A stretch of 63,380 bases of DNA, filler included, from Neoconidiobolus thromboides FSU 785 (GCA_025603075.1; 11 parts of 11 records of this genome joined end to end with filler, not necessarily neighbours in it), one strand, 5' to 3'; counted from the whole stretch's first letter, positions 24,272 to 38,989 are shown. Notes: generated by a model from the sequence alone, not told the origin. Numbers and translations: made by a program.

Positions 24272-26266
24272 ATTTAAATTATTATTATTTTCAGCAAATT
24301 TAAATAATATAGGAAAGTAAAAGTTCTTATATATATGATACTATACAAACTTATTTAGTAGCCAATGAAAAAAAAACCTTAGTTACAATAAAATTGTAGC
24401 ATAAAAAATTCATATTCATAGTAGAGCTAGCCAATAAATCGAAAAAATTACTCAAAACAAACAGAATTGCCATCATGAATAACAATGGGAACATCTTAAT
24501 ATAGTATTATGTCCGATTTATTTATGAGCTTACACAACATTTATTTAATAAATACCAAAGTCAATCTATTACCAAATCATCCAGCTTATAAATTCTTTAA
24601 CGAAATCAGGTGTTATTATCACAGCTCTTGAATTTGCTAGAATTGGTTAAGTTTAATTCAACTTCAATATCCAATTTATCAAAACTATCTAAAAATAACT
24701 TTTAAATTTATTAACAAAATAATAGATACTTTTAGTTCTAATATAATAACATAAAAAATATAATTGTTGTATATTTGTACTTATCTTTAAAGGGTTTATA
24801 ATGTACGTTTAATTTTAACAACCATGTGTATATCACCAAATCTCATTCTGATAAGCTTCAAGTCCACCTTGAGCTTACTTCCTTTAAATTACCTTTTTCT
24901 TTTAAAGATTTTTCGTTTCGATGATAAAAGTTATAAGAACAAACAGAATGCGAATTTGATTTATTTAAAATATTTAAAATCTATAAAATGAACTTAAATT
25001 ACTATAAAATAAATAATGTTTTATTAAAATTTCCATTTTTATCTATGGGAACTATAAATAAAGGTGCTGCAATTAATCAGCAAAGATAAAAATAAAAATA
25101 ATTGATAAATCAAATATATTCATATCGAAACAAATGAGTGGCTAAATATTAGTCAACATTCTTTAGCCTTACTACTTATAGCATTTTCTGTAAATACTCT
25201 TTATTTTACTCCCATTATTTTGACGCTGTTATAGTATTCAGCTATATAGGTACTACCTATATACTTTTTATTAATGTTATTTTTATTGATTGATGAAATT
25301 TAAACTATACTTTTGTTGAAAAGCTTGATACACAAAAGTATCATCATATTAGATATTTAGCCTAAATAATCCAATCTGAAATGCTGAGACGACCTCTGAA
25401 TTCCTGTGAATCGGTTTATTCAAGGTTCTTCCTGTTGTTTAATTTTAATTTAGTTCTTTCATCTTATTTTGACCAAATAAATCATTACGAGCTTTAGCTT
25501 TTCAGGAAGTTTTATTGAAAAAAATCCTGAGACCAGACTGCCGCAAAAGGCATTGATCTAGAATTTGGTTAGTTTTCTGTAGCTTTTACATTAACTCCAA
25601 ATTAAAACTTATTAAAAAAATGTATGGAAACAAGGATGAGCTTACAATAAAGCACAAAGAAGTAAGTTTTTGCTTTATATAATATGGAATGAAAATGAGA
25701 TGTTAGGGTATTATTTGTTCTAGCCCTTTTATATCAGAAATAAGATCTATATCTAGTAATGATAATCGATACAAAGCTTCATTTAAAAATAGCTGGATAT
25801 ATCTTTAAAGGACTTTGCTTTAGGATCAATGGGTAGTATGTCTTTTTACACTTATCTTTATACAAGTATCAAAGAGGATTTATTGTATAACAAATATCTA
25901 TTTTATATATACAAAAATTAATCTAGAGTACTCTTAATTCAAATTATCATATTATTAATTCCGATTTTTTCTTTTAATGTTTCATATGAGCTTTAAGATT
26001 TATTCGATAATTTAAGAAAAAAGTCAAGAATATTTTAATCATGTTAAAGAATATTGATATTAAAAATATTTTAAAGATTAAAGTAAAATTTTAATTTTAT
26101 AAAAGCACTATTACTATACTATCAGTACTTTACGTATTAATTTACATTCAATATTAATATGATACGAAATTTTAGCAGTTATCATTTTTATGAAATTCTG
26201 CACTTTGACTTGTATTTTGTCACTATTAATTGAGTCATAATAAATAGGTAAAGCACAAGACAATTG

Positions 26267-26371
26267 ATATGGGGATATATTTTTGTATTTAAGAATTTTA
26301 CTAACAATTTTTCCACTCAAATAGCACTTAAAAGGTGAAAAAAACAATGAAGCCAAAAAACATCCCCATAT
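26267..26371 (+). mobile_element. MITE-like element, copy J
   Basis: ATATGGGGATAT...AAACATCCCCATAT. Confidence 0.9.
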
Positions 26372-26751
26372 CATTAAGTCGAATTGGTATATAAAGAATT
26401 ACATACAAGCTAAATCTCACAGTAAAACAATCGATTATCATGATTAAGCCCTTTATATTTGCTTAGTACAGTGTATTGAGGTGATGCTATATAAGAATTA
26501 AAGTATAAGTAACCAACCTATTATCATATTAAATATTTAACTAATACAAACACAAGACACAAATATAAAAAAAAGATATCAGACCATTGACTTAAACTTG
26601 TATAGCTTGCTTTATATTAAACGTAGTTAACTCTATTTATAAATTCCAAAGCTAAAAGCTTTACATATAAAATATATATCGCTATCAAAATGATACTATC
26701 AATTTTTAAAAATAGGCTGATTTTTGTTTTACATGTATTTTAAATTTAAAC

Positions 26752-26856
26752 ATATACGGTTGTTTTTTTAGTTTTATCACTTTCTTCATTTTTTAAGCAC
26801 TATTTGAACGGAAAGATTGTTAGTAAAATTCTTAATTAAAGAATACATTCCCATAT
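26752..26856 (-). mobile_element. MITE-like element, copy K
   Basis: Reverse copy ending ATACATTCCCATAT. Confidence 0.8.
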
Positions 26857-27423
26857 AACATAATTTTTGAGTATAGCAAAATATTTCTAATACAATTCAG
26901 GCTCTATAAATGATAATGAACAATTGATATTTTAGTCATTAAATAATCCATATTCTACTAGATTTTAATAAAATCCAATTTACTTAATTTGGATATAGTG
27001 CAAATTAATATTGGAATTGATTTTTGCTATTTTGATGAAATAACAGAGTTTTCATAAATGATTTTTTTGGTTTCAAAAGAGTAGTTATACTTTCAAGTGT
27101 TTATTATAGCTTGTTAAACCCTTAAGACATTGAAGTGGGTGACTGGATGGTTAGGATCTATTTACCCTGTTTATTTACTAAAGAGCAACCTTTTGTCTAA
27201 AAAATAGCACTTACATTTATAAAACTTTTTATTTTATGTTTTATCATTATAGTAAAAAAAGCTAAATCATTGCATTTTGTGAAGTTTATAAATAGTAATA
27301 TCCGATAAAACTAAATAAACAGTTACTTTTTTAAAAAAAGCACTTTAATGACCAAAAATAGCACTTATTTTAAAAAATTATAAAAAAATTAAAAACAAGA
27401 ACAAAAAGTATGAAAAACAAAGT

Positions 27424-27528
27424 ATATGGGGATAGGTTTTTTTGTTTAAGAATTTTACTACAATCTTTCCACTCAAATAGCACTTAAAAAATGGAAAAAT
27501 AATAAAACCAAAAAAAACACCCCCGTAT
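27424..27528 (+). mobile_element. MITE-like element, copy L, abutting a (TA)n run 27526-27544
   Basis: ATATGGGGATAG...ACACCCCCG followed by TATATATA. Confidence 0.85.
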
Positions 27529-27599
27529 ATATATATATATATATCACATTTTAGTTAAGCATCTAAATAAAAGAGATAGATTTATAGGTGCTATAGAAT

Positions 27600-28020
27600 G
27601 CTGCTCTGACTTGCCCAAATTGCTTACTATTTGTTTCACCCTCTAGTTTCAAACTTTCTCTCAAGTGATGAGGACTTATATCTTGGTCGCAGAGATCCAG
27701 GTAGCCCTATTCTTACTGCATAAAGCTCTAAGGTAATGGCATTCCTATCCCAATCTATGTTACTTCCTCTTCAATATATGTATGCATTAATATACATAAA
27801 CCTGAAAAGATGTTAGTCAGATATATGTTGACCCAGTCTAAAGTACATACGTTTAAGGTAAAGTACCTTACAGTAATTATATAATTTGTCTCTCGCCTTT
27901 ATATTCCTTTACTTTGCCCTTCGAACTTCACTTTCAGTACTCGGCTCATTCTTTTCAATTTTTCCAAAATCCACATCTACAAATAACATACTTGGAGAGC
28001 CTTTGGCTTTTATAAGATTT
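27600..28020 (-). pseudogene. Intron-containing gene remnant of unknown family
   Basis: Coding-like MLFVDVDFGKIEKNEPSTESEVRRAK*RNIKARDKLYNYCK followed by GTACTT...CTAAC...TTTCAG intron; stops on both sides. Confidence 0.3.
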
Positions 28021-28645
28021 CACATAAAAATTATTTTGTAACAAAGTGGATACAATGTATAAATCGAGTAGTTTAATAGATAATCGATTATTTTTTAATG
28101 GGTTTGTTTTTAAACTATTAGCTTATAAAGATAAAGAATATAATTTACTATTATAGAAACAGAACAAAAATTACAAAGTTATAGTATATAGTTTATTAGT
28201 TTCTGTTCTGGTATTTTTTGTATTTAAATTAGAGTATATTTTAATAGTGATACGAAAAGTGACTTTTTGAAATTTTAAAGTTTAGTTTGTATAATAAAAT
28301 CTGCTATTCAATCATAACTTAAAAGCCCAACTACAAAAACAATGAGCTATAGCTTTTCAATAAGCAGTAAATAAGTATATCAATTAAAGAAAGCTTATAT
28401 TGTAGCAAAATAAAATATATAACATAGTTCTACAAAATAGGGTGCCGTTATATAGCCAAGTTGCCCAAAAACAATCTGTAATAAATTTGAAGTTCTAAAG
28501 TTTTTCCTAGAATTTAGTTGCATCATAAAACTTGGAGTAACTATGAAATCAAATTCAGTAGCCAATGAGAATAAGAATAAACCTTAACGTAGCTTATAAA
28601 TTTCCAACCTTTAATTTGATAATTGCATTTTAATCTTGCCATAAA

Positions 28646-30795
28646 ATGGGGTATATCTTAAGCTATATAATCTCGTTTGTATTAGGTGGTATCATTGGGG
28701 CGCCAATTCTATTGTACTATGGGTATACCATATTGGACAATGTAGTAAATAAGAAAGAGCCTGTAAATTTGGATATTGAGGATGGTAAGTATATTTTGAT
28801 TAAACATGCATAAATATGTAAATCCTGATTAACTAGATAAGTTTGAATTTGAAGATACGGACTCGGAATTAGTAACGAAAGTGGGGTGGATACATGTATT
28901 ACATCACGAAAAAGAGCTAGGTTTGCCAAATAATAATAATCTAAGCGGAATACTAAGTTCAAGTCTAAGCTCATTATTGGAAAGAAGAAATCCACATAAC
29001 ACTAAGAGGGATAAGCATAGTTGCTATGGGGTATTGAAAAAAGATCAACTTTTGATTTATGAAAGCGGTAATAGGGTAGAATGCCGTGGAGCTATTCTGC
29101 TATCAGAGTATCAAGTACTCCTTTACCCTGATAATTTAATGGATAACGAAGTATTTAAGAAGATTCATCCTATTCATTTGAAACATGTCGATAGTGTAAG
29201 TAATGAAGTAAGTGAAAATAGTAGTGATAGCGGAGATAATGGAGAAGAGGAGAAAGTCATTGATAGCTCAGTTGGTGAAGTTGATAAACAGGAGGTTAAA
29301 AAAGAAACCAAGTTTGAGGAATATTTTATTTATTTAGATTCTTCAGTTGAAAAGGAAAGTTGGTTTATCTGCTTATTGAAAGCATCAAAGTTAAACAAAA
29401 ATATCAAAGAAAGAGAAACCTTATATGTTGATAAAACCGCAATCAATTCTTTAATTAATACTTTAGACTCAAGTTCAGTCCATTTACAAACAAAATGGCT
29501 AAATGCATTATTAGGTAAATATTTAATATAAATTTAGGCTGGAGCTTAAAACAACAATGCATACTTTTTATATCATATATATCTGTTTGGATCATTTATT
29601 AATATTTAAATTAGGTAGGGTATTTTTAGGCATATATAAAACAGACAAAGTGAAAGAGTATTTTATAAATAAAATAAAGACAAAAACAACGAAAGTGAAG
29701 AAGCCAGGGTTTCTAGGGGAGATATTAGTTAGAGATTTAAAAGTGGGGGATAGTATACCATATATAACAAATCCAAAATTAATCAATTTGAACAAAGAAG
29801 GAGAATTGAGTATAGAAATGGATTTACAGTATAATGGAGGGTTTTTAGCAGAAATTGAAACAATTGCTAACATACAGGTTACAAGCAAATTAAAAGCAAT
29901 CTTAATCAAGCTCCTGCTAACCGTTAAGTTAAAGCATTTAAGTGGCAAAATTTTATTAAGAATTAAACCTCCGCCTACAAATCGATTTTGGATTGGATTT
30001 TACCAGCTACCGAAAATGGATTTGGAAATTGAACCTATGGTGTCAGACACTCAAATCAAATCTTCAATGATTATATCTGCTATCGAAAAAAGAATTGTAG
30101 ACCAAATCAAAGAAAGTTTAGTATTACCTAATATGGATGACTATTGCTTTTTTCCATCGCATGGTAGTGGGGGTATATTTGATAATATGAACCTTTACCA
30201 AGATGAAACTGAAGAAGAAGTTATTGAAGATGATAACAATTCAATTATAAATAATGAAAGCGATGGTAATAGTAAAGAATCAAATAGTGCTAGCACTGGT
30301 GTCAATGCTATTGAAAAAGAAGAGACTATCTCAGCCGTTGAAGACAAACCGAATGGGTCAAGCCCAAGTTTATCACCGATAAAAATAAAGAATTTAAAAG
30401 AAAAATTACAATCTGCAGTAAGCCATAGCCATCCCAGTAGTCAAGCTAGTAGTCATAGTAATCCATCCTTAAGTTTAAATGAAGATGCTGGTTCTGCTAA
30501 TCAAAGTAAAACCAATACAAATAACTTTAGTGAACGTTTAAAGAATTATTTTGGAAGTAAAAAGAAGAACACAATTTATAACAATCCAAACTCAAGTAAT
30601 TCAATGCCAGACTTAAATAATGAGGACAAAAAAATACAAAAGAGTAATTCTTTGTATACTGAATTTGAAGGCCCCTCTTCCTCTATCCAACTGCCCCCAA
30701 AAGCGGCATTGGACGCTGAAGGCGATTCTTTTAGAAAAAGAAAGTTTATACCAACTCAAACGGTAAAAGTTAGTTCGCAGCCCTTTTTATCTTAA
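28646..30795 (+). CDS. NVJ2: TM-PH-SMP lipid-transfer protein (Nvj2/TEX2 family)
   Basis: N-terminal TM; PH domain ending VEKESWFICLLKAS; SMP signature TKWLNALLGRVFLG...IKPPPTNRFWIGF...ESLVLPNMDD. Confidence 0.88.
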
Positions 30796-31158
30796 TTTTT
30801 TGGCCATGTTATGTTTATGTATCTTTTTAGTTTATGTTCACTTGTTTTAGTTTATTAAAGTAAACTCTATTATTATTTATTATTGTCATAATGTTAGAAG
30901 TTTATTACTATCAAGTTTTTACTTATGCTTAGTTAAAAAGTTTAACTAAGGTTACATTTGCCTACTACAGGCATATAACGTTTTAGTTTTATTATGATAT
31001 TTAAATATTATTTATATAACGCAAACTAGGGCTATTTGGTAACAAGTATTTTTTCACATTCAAACTTTTTTAACATCAAACTTTTTTATCTCTACTATAT
31101 TTAAAAATAAAACTATAGTAAAATGATCCGATTTAAACTATTCATTAGTATAGACATC

Positions 31159-31260
31159 ATATGAGGATTTTTTTTTTTAAACAATGTTACTAACAATCTT
31201 TCTGCTCAAATAATGCTTGAAAAATGAAAAAAGTGATGAAACTAAAAAAACATCCTCATA
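31159..31260 (+). mobile_element. MITE-like element, copy M
   Basis: ATATGAGGAT...AAACATCCTCATA. Confidence 0.8.
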
Positions 31261-31949
31261 CAGTCGAATATTAGTTATAACCAAGTAATATTAATAAATT
31301 TACTTTCCGAAATTAATATTTGTTCAAGAGACTAATTAGGAATATGCTACATAATAATTTAATTGCTTTAATAATTTATAAAATTGCAATTATTAGTTTT
31401 CATGGTGCTAATTAATTACAATACTGAAGCTGAAAAGTTCAAATTTTTAATTTAATGGATTCGAAAATCATACAGTTTTTGTTTTAATAGATATATCTTT
31501 ATAGCGCTAATACATCTTTCATTTTAAAACAAAATAATTCAGTTTATTATATAATAAAATTGCAGAATATCTTTTACTAAAATACTATAAACCTCCCAAA
31601 AACTAAAAAAGCGGTAATGTGCTCATTCAAATAAAGCAACACCACTACCAAAAAGCAGGGAATTTCACCTTACAAGTAATGTAACAAAAAAGGATAATCA
31701 GCAAAGAAAGGGCAAGTCAACATTTGATTGGCAGTTAAAAACAAAAAGTAAGAATATTAAAAACTCAAAAAGATCAAAAAGAGTCAACATTAAAAAAAAT
31801 AACTTTGTTGTTTACTTATGCATCTCTAAATCAAGCTTAAACTCCCTTTTTGTTTTTTACTTTTCAAACACAACATTTGAAATTCAACACACATATTAAA
31901 ATTAACGCTCAATCACAATCACTTGCATTCAATTATCAACTTATAAAAC

Positions 31950-33301
31950 ATGAAATTATTATCCGATAAAACATTTAGGTAATACATCCTCATCTCAAGC
32001 CTGAAATTTTAGGACCATCTATTTTGATTTGAATCTTAATTTTAATTGATTGAATAGACTTAAAGACTTTCGTGCAAATCAAAAATTGTTAGGCGAAGGT
32101 ACGTATGGTGTTGTATACTCAGCCAAGGGAAAAAAGGATGGTAAAATATATGCCATTAAAAAATCTTTTGTATACAAAGAAGACGATGGGATACCACAAT
32201 CAGCTTTGAGAGAAATTAGCTCGTTGAAAAAATTAGCACATCCTAATATTGTATCGTAAGTAGTTAAAATATGCTTTCGAATAGTTCAGCTAATATTTAT
32301 ATAGCCTTATAAGTATCAGATACCTCTTCCGTGAGCTTTATCTTGTGTTCGAAAGGTTGCCTCAGGATTTATCCATGCTAATCAAGAATGCTGATCCTTA
32401 CATTGGTATTCCTCAAAAATCTATTAAGGTAACTTAGTTCATATTTAAAATTTGATTGATGATAATAACTAATATTTAGATCTTTATGTTAGATATAGCT
32501 AAAGGCCTGAATCATATCCACTCTCATGGGTTTGTACATCGTGATTTAAAACCAGGAAATATATTAATTGATGCCCAAGGTAGACTCAAGATTGGTGACT
32601 TTGGTTTAATGAGACGTAAGATGTCAAAGGAAAGAAAATATACTCAAGAAGTAATATTGATTATTGCATCAATTTTGTAATAAATTAACATAGCTATAAG
32701 GTGGTTACTCTTGGTTATAGAGCTCCTGAAGCTTTACTTGAGACTACAAAACATGATGCTTCACTTGATATTTGGAGTATGGGTTGTATATTTGCTGAAC
32801 TATTTTTATTAACACCATTGTTTAAAGGTAATTAGAACAACTATAATAACTATAATAACTATACAAATAAGAATAACAATTTAAATATTAATTTAGCTGA
32901 AAATGCTGATGGACACTTAGATTTAATTTTTAAGTAAGAAAAATTAATTGGGAAACTCAATAAATATTGATTATTTATTTTAGAACACTTGGTATTCCAA
33001 CTGAAGCTACTTGGCCCGGAGTTACTAACTTTGAAAAGTTCCAAAAGTATATCCATAATACTTACAGACCACAGGGTCTTCATAACGCTTGTCCAAATAT
33101 GACTGAAGAAATTAGAGAAATTCTTGAGGTATGGTTCATTTTATATAGTAGTGTAATTTAGATTATTGACTTTACAATTGTAGGAAATCTTAGTTTGTAA
33201 CCCAAAAAGAAGGATGAAAGGCACACAGTTTGTTTCTTTACCTTATTTTGCTATTGAAGAAGACCACGTATATCATAGGCTAGTTAGGATGCCTAGATTT
33301 A
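31950..33301 (+). CDS. Divergent cyclin-dependent kinase (3' end runs into gap)
   Basis: [59 protein letters not shown] across short GT-AG introns. Confidence 0.9.
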
Positions 33302-33401
33302 NNNNNNNNNNNNNNNNNNNNNNNNNNNNNNNNNNNNNNNNNNNNTTAATTAATTAANNNNNNNNNNNNNNNNNNNNNNNNNNNNNNNNNNNNNNNNNNN
33401 N

Positions 33402-34142
33402 TAAATAAAGTTACCTAATGTAAAATAAATTCCGTCAATAAAACTCCAACCTTCTAAACCACAAAAGATAATAGCACCTATTTTAGACCATATAATTGTT
33501 AACATACAATAGATTACTAACATTCGATGTTTCTTGGATATAATCTTGTTCTTTGATGTCGTTTTATATTTGATAAAATCAAAAGTTAGAAATAGAACTG
33601 AAACTAAAGATAAACAAGTGGCCACTGAAGACAATATAAACTTATAAGAAACTTCTTTATGTTTGATTTCGGAATTCAAATAGTAAAAGACTATTGATAT
33701 AGTCATTAAAACAACTAAAAGTAAATAAAGTTTAATATACTAAAATATAGAAAATAACTACTTACAATGAATAAAAAAGAAAACAATACTTAGTATTGTG
33801 TTTAAAACTATCTTCTTCCCCCAAAACCTAGTAACTAAAGTAATAGATCCAAATAGTTGGAATAGATTAGCTATTATACTACATATGGCATTAACTAAAA
33901 TGAATTCAATTTAAATTTAAATTATATTAGTAATAATAATAGTAAAATCTACTTGGATGAAGTTTAAACTCTTTATTTTCAAGTACATTATTTAACATCC
34001 ATGAACTTTCTATAAAGGGTATACTTAATAAGATAGATAATGGAGTAATAATTCCAACAGTTGTTGTAAGTAATTTCAATGGTCTTTGTTTTGAATTGGA
34101 ATGATCATTGACATTATTAAATAATTGTTTTAACATCTTCAT
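33402..34142 (-). CDS. TOK-like K+ channel paralog, 5' part only (cut by gap)
   Basis: VGIITPLSILLS and IWSKIGAIIFCGLEGWSFIDGIYFTL align to TOK1 at 34610-36519. Confidence 0.7.
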
Positions 34143-34609
34143 TTTAATAATAATCAAATATAAAAAAGGAATTTATTTAAGAGTAGATCATCCTTTTGTT
34201 ATAAACTTCTAGTTTAACTATAAACACTTCTTTTTTTGTTTCACTGTTTTAAATTCATAATCCTTTATTCTTTTGTGGCATAAATTTTAGAAAAATAAAG
34301 AATCGAGAAAAACATTTATTACTTAATTTTTTGAATCAATGTTTAGAATAAAATTTCATACAAGTTTAAAATCAAAGGTTCGAAATAAGCTATAAACATA
34401 TGAACTTAACAAATAACTTAATATACAATAAATAAAATACTATAATTAGGCTATTAAAGGCTTATACAACATTTTAATAAATTAATTCATTTTAAATATA
34501 ATATTTAACACTATGAAATAGGTGGCTATATAAGCCTTTTTTAATACAAATAAACTTGATTTTATTTTCAAAATTAAAATATACAAAAATCAACATAAAA
34601 AACATACTA

Positions 34610-36519
34610 TTAAGGTAATTGATTTTTTGAATTTTCTAATTCAATAGTATTTGCATCATCTTCTTCATTATCTTTATATTGAGTATTATAAGGATTTAAT
34701 GAAGTATCTGTAAATTCTCTTGAAATTATAGTATCATATTTTGAAATAATATTAGGATCTACCTTTTTTTCAAAATGTGATAATATTTTACAAAATAAAT
34801 TATGATATGATTCCAACTGTTGAAACTCATTATTAATTAATACTTCATTAGATAATAAACCATCTGAATCAATCAAATGAGTAGCTACGTGACGTTGGTA
34901 TATTTTACATAAGGATATTAGTTCACATGTAACTTCCATACTATTCTCATTTTTTAAATTACTAATTTTACTTAATAAATTGTCTAATTCCACTTGCTCT
35001 TCATTTTCATTTTCTAACTCAATTTTAGCTTGATGTTTATAATTAATTTTTTCAATTCTTCTTTCAAATATTCGAGAACTCATTTCAGTACCTACAGAAA
35101 TTACATAAGCTGCAGCTACTAACCCTAATAATGAATAGCCTATAAAGGCTAAAATCCCAGGAAAGGTTTTGATAGTGATATCGCCATATCCTACAGTAGT
35201 AAAAGATACAAAACAAAAATAAACTGCATCAAAGTAAGTCCAATCTTCAATCAACATAAAGATTACGGCACCTAAAAACCTAAAGTTCAAAATTAATATA
35301 AATATTAAGCTATTATTATTTCTATATGTTATTTACCAAAATAAAATCAAACTTAAAATGGAAAATTGTAATTGTCTAGTTAATAAAGTCCATTTTTCAT
35401 TATTTAATAATTTTCTTTGTTTTCTACGAATTTTAGATGCATTTTGAGGTTCAAAATGACCAGTTAATAATTGTTGTTTAGTGCTTAACAAACCTAAATC
35501 TTCATTAGAACTCATACTTTCTCCATAATACGTTTTATATAATGCTTCCACTTTTTCCATATATATATTCTCAAATCCTTCTAATATTACTATTCTTATA
35601 GAATTAATTAAAATACCCATCATAACCATACCAATAATTGCATAAAAAAATAGAAATATTCGAGTGCCTAATTCTTTAGGTACTAAATCACCAAAGCCAA
35701 TAGTAGTCATAGTAACTAATTGTAATATAATTAACATAATCAATATTATAAGAATTGAATAATTAATAATAACTTACCCATTGTAAAATAAATACCTCTA
35801 GTAAATGTCCAATTTTCAACTGAAGAAAAAATAATAGCACCAATAGCTGACCACATAGAAACTAAAATAGCAAATACAACTAAAGTACGTTGACTATTTG
35901 TAATACCACTACCTTTTCTTCTTAATTGATCTTGTCGAAAATAATCAATTAATAGAAATATTACAGAAATAAAAGAGATTAATGCTGCACCAATACCAGC
36001 CATAAAATCACCTGTGAATTTCAAATTGGCTTGAGATTGTACTAAAGGTAAATATTCTACCCAAAACTTAATAATAGGACCAAGGATAAACGCAACTAGA
36101 ATAAGATTAAATTTAATATTATTACTATTATTGTTTTTTATCTATTATAAATTACTATGACATGTAAAAAAAGCAATCGATAAAAAAGTAGATAATACAA
36201 TTCTTTTTTCCCAAAATCGTGCTAATAAAGCAACTGTTGCTATCAATTGACATACAATGGCAATTATAACAAGTGAAGTAATAACTAATAATTAATAAAA
36301 AGAAATAATAAATACATTCCATCAATATTGATATTAATATTAGTATTATTGTTTACCTGGTCCTTTATCTCCTTTTTGATCTGATAATCGATCTACATTT
36401 ATCCAAGTACCAATTAAACACGGAAAACTTAATAAAATGGATAATGGAGTTAGTGTACCCACTAAAGTTGGTAAATATCTTATTTTATTATATTTTGTTT
36501 TGATCTTTTGTTTTATCAT
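34610..36519 (-). CDS. TOK1: Two-pore outward-rectifier K+ channel (8 TM)
   Basis: Pore 1 IYFTMVTMTTIGFGDLVP; pore 2 VYFCFVSFTTVGYGDI; four extra N-terminal TMs; start codon position uncertain. Confidence 0.88.
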
Positions 36520-37454
36520 AATAAAATTTATTTTTTATTTTATTTTAACACATAAAAATTTGTTAAAGAATTTAATTCAATTGACTTTATTTTCATTTAT
36601 ATATGTCTTCTTGTTGGTTCAATTTTAATTGCATTTTGATTGTACTCTCCTCCTTTTTATTCTTTGTAAAGTCTTAACTTTTTGATTATTTCATCACCTA
36701 TTTTTCTCCGACTATATGATTTCATGACTCATTAATAAAGAAGTAATTTTACTACTTTTAATTAATGTTTCACTTTTATCTATTTAACAATATTAATATT
36801 TTCTTTTTTATATTATATTAATATCAGTATGTTAATATAATTAAATAATAAATAAAAATTCAAAGTTATTATTATCTTAAATTATCTTATTCTATTCTAA
36901 AAGTTAATTTTAGATTTCAAACTAGATTTAAAAGTTGAATAAAGAATAGAATTTTATAAACAAAATAAAAATTATTAAATTATTAAAAGGTTCAATTAAA
37001 TTGAATAAAAATGTAAATGACCCTAATATTATATTAATTAATTGTATATTAATTCTCATATTAATTAAATATAACATAGAATATTTTATTAATTAATATA
37101 CTATCAATAAAAATTATTTAGTTATGTATAATGGTAACATCTATATAGTAAGAATTACAACTTAGAATACTTAACATAATTTAAACTAATTTATTTATAT
37201 AGCATATGACATTTGATTAAATTATTGTAATATGATAATTTAAGAGTTTTAATCAAATACTTATTTTTTTATACAATAATCATAATATAATACATTAATT
37301 ATTAATTATATACTATGACTAATTATTTAATAAAGCTAAAAAATAAATTAAAAAAGCATAATATAAAACCAGATATACATATTATAAATAGAAATATAAA
37401 ATTAATTCACTTAGTTTAATCTATTGATTTTAATTTTTTTACTTTATCTTTTAC

Positions 37455-38300
37455 TTAAACATTAATTTGATTCTCACTAACAATCTCTTCAATAGGAGTA
37501 TCAGGTATAACAATAACCTTTAAATTATGTACTCCAATAGTATCTAAGTTAACTTTAGCAAAATAAGTCCCAATTTTTTTAATTTTATCTAATTGAAGAC
37601 TCTCTTTATCAATAACTAAATAATGTTGATCTCTTAAATAACGTATCAAATCTTCATTAGTAACGGAGCCGTATAACATACCATCCGAACCAATAACTGC
37701 TCTTGTAAAACTCACTTGTTCAATATTTTGAAGTTCTCGATGAATTCGAGCTAATCGCATATATTGAACAAAACTTTGCTTACTTGAAGTCGCCTTTTTA
37801 ATTTAAATAATTAATCATTTTAGGAATTAAAATATTAAATATATCTACCTCAGGTTTATCTTCTTGTTTAGTTTTATTTAATTCTAATTGTGCACGATGA
37901 ATTTGATTTTTATCTTTTAATACATATTGGGCTAATTGATTTGGATATAAATCATTTCTCATATGTCCAGCTAAAAAATATTAATTAATATTATTTATTA
38001 ATATTATTTATTTATTTATTTATATTAAAATAAAATACTTACGTCGAACTTTAATAATATCGCCAGCTTGACCAAGTTTTTCAACATAGGTCAATAATTT
38101 AACTGTTAAAGCTGGTTTACGTTTTTTGTGTCTTTTAGCAATCTTTTTGAAATGAAAAGATTGTTATTTATTATTCATAATTAACTTAATTTTAATAAGC
38201 TTACCAAACTAAACCCAGAAACTTGAGATTCAGAAACAAAGATATTGGGTGTTGAATTGCTACACTTTCTAATTATATTACTATATAACGCCTTTAACAT
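37455..38300 (-). CDS. MRPL9: Mitochondrial ribosomal protein bL9m
   Basis: Presequence-like N-terminus; VKLLTYVEKLGQAGDIIKV..GHMRNDLYP; L9 C-domain LYGSVTNEDL...IKKIGTYFAKVNL. Confidence 0.85.
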
Positions 38301-38671
38301 GATTCTATTTTTTTTACTGGGATATTTTATCGATTTTTCAAAGTTAATTAAAAAATTGAGATAATTTTAATGGGATATGAGATTAAAATCTTTGGATTGA
38401 ATTTTATGAATCAATCATTTTTATTTGTCAAGGAAATTTTGAGTAGCAAAATAGCTTTCCTACTAATCCAATAGGAGATCTCGAGTTCGAATCTTATCGC
38501 GCTCAATTCATTACTTGATAACTAGTTGTTGCTTTTATAAAATTCACTAATATCCCATCATTGAGCTTCTCTAAAATAATCTAAATTATCACCCTCTTCT
38601 ATTATCATTTGAATAGAAATATTATTGTGCTCTGTCCTTTTAAAATATTCTAAGGACTATTAATTTCAATA

Positions 38672-38755
38672 AATGAGGATGTATTTTTGCGTTTAAGAAT
38701 TTTAAGACTACTTATGCTAATATTCTATTAATATCTGGGGATGTATTTTATATTT
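38672..38755 (+). repeat. Two truncated left ends of the MITE-like element
   Basis: ATGAGGATGTATTTTTGCGTTTAAGAATTTT and CTGGGGATGTATTTTT. Confidence 0.6.
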
Positions 38756-38989
38756 GAGTAAAAAGCAATTGACTTTATAACATTGTGTTATACTTGATTC
38801 GCAATTTTTGCTGAAAATCTAAATTAGACAAAAATTGAACTAAGTTTTTAATAATCCAAATTAACACTTAAGTTCCAACTATCTAGTCACAAATTATAAA
38901 TTTAAAATAAACTTAAACTAATAAAAAAAGATTATATTATTAAATTCATAAATTTTATTAATAAATAAAAACATTAAAATTAATGTTAT

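Noticed and set aside
27120-27190. IEVGDWMV, resembling the gypsy integrase C-terminal motif (a similar FEVDC near 60190)
   Set aside because: Too short, flanked by stops, no other pol motifs recognisable.
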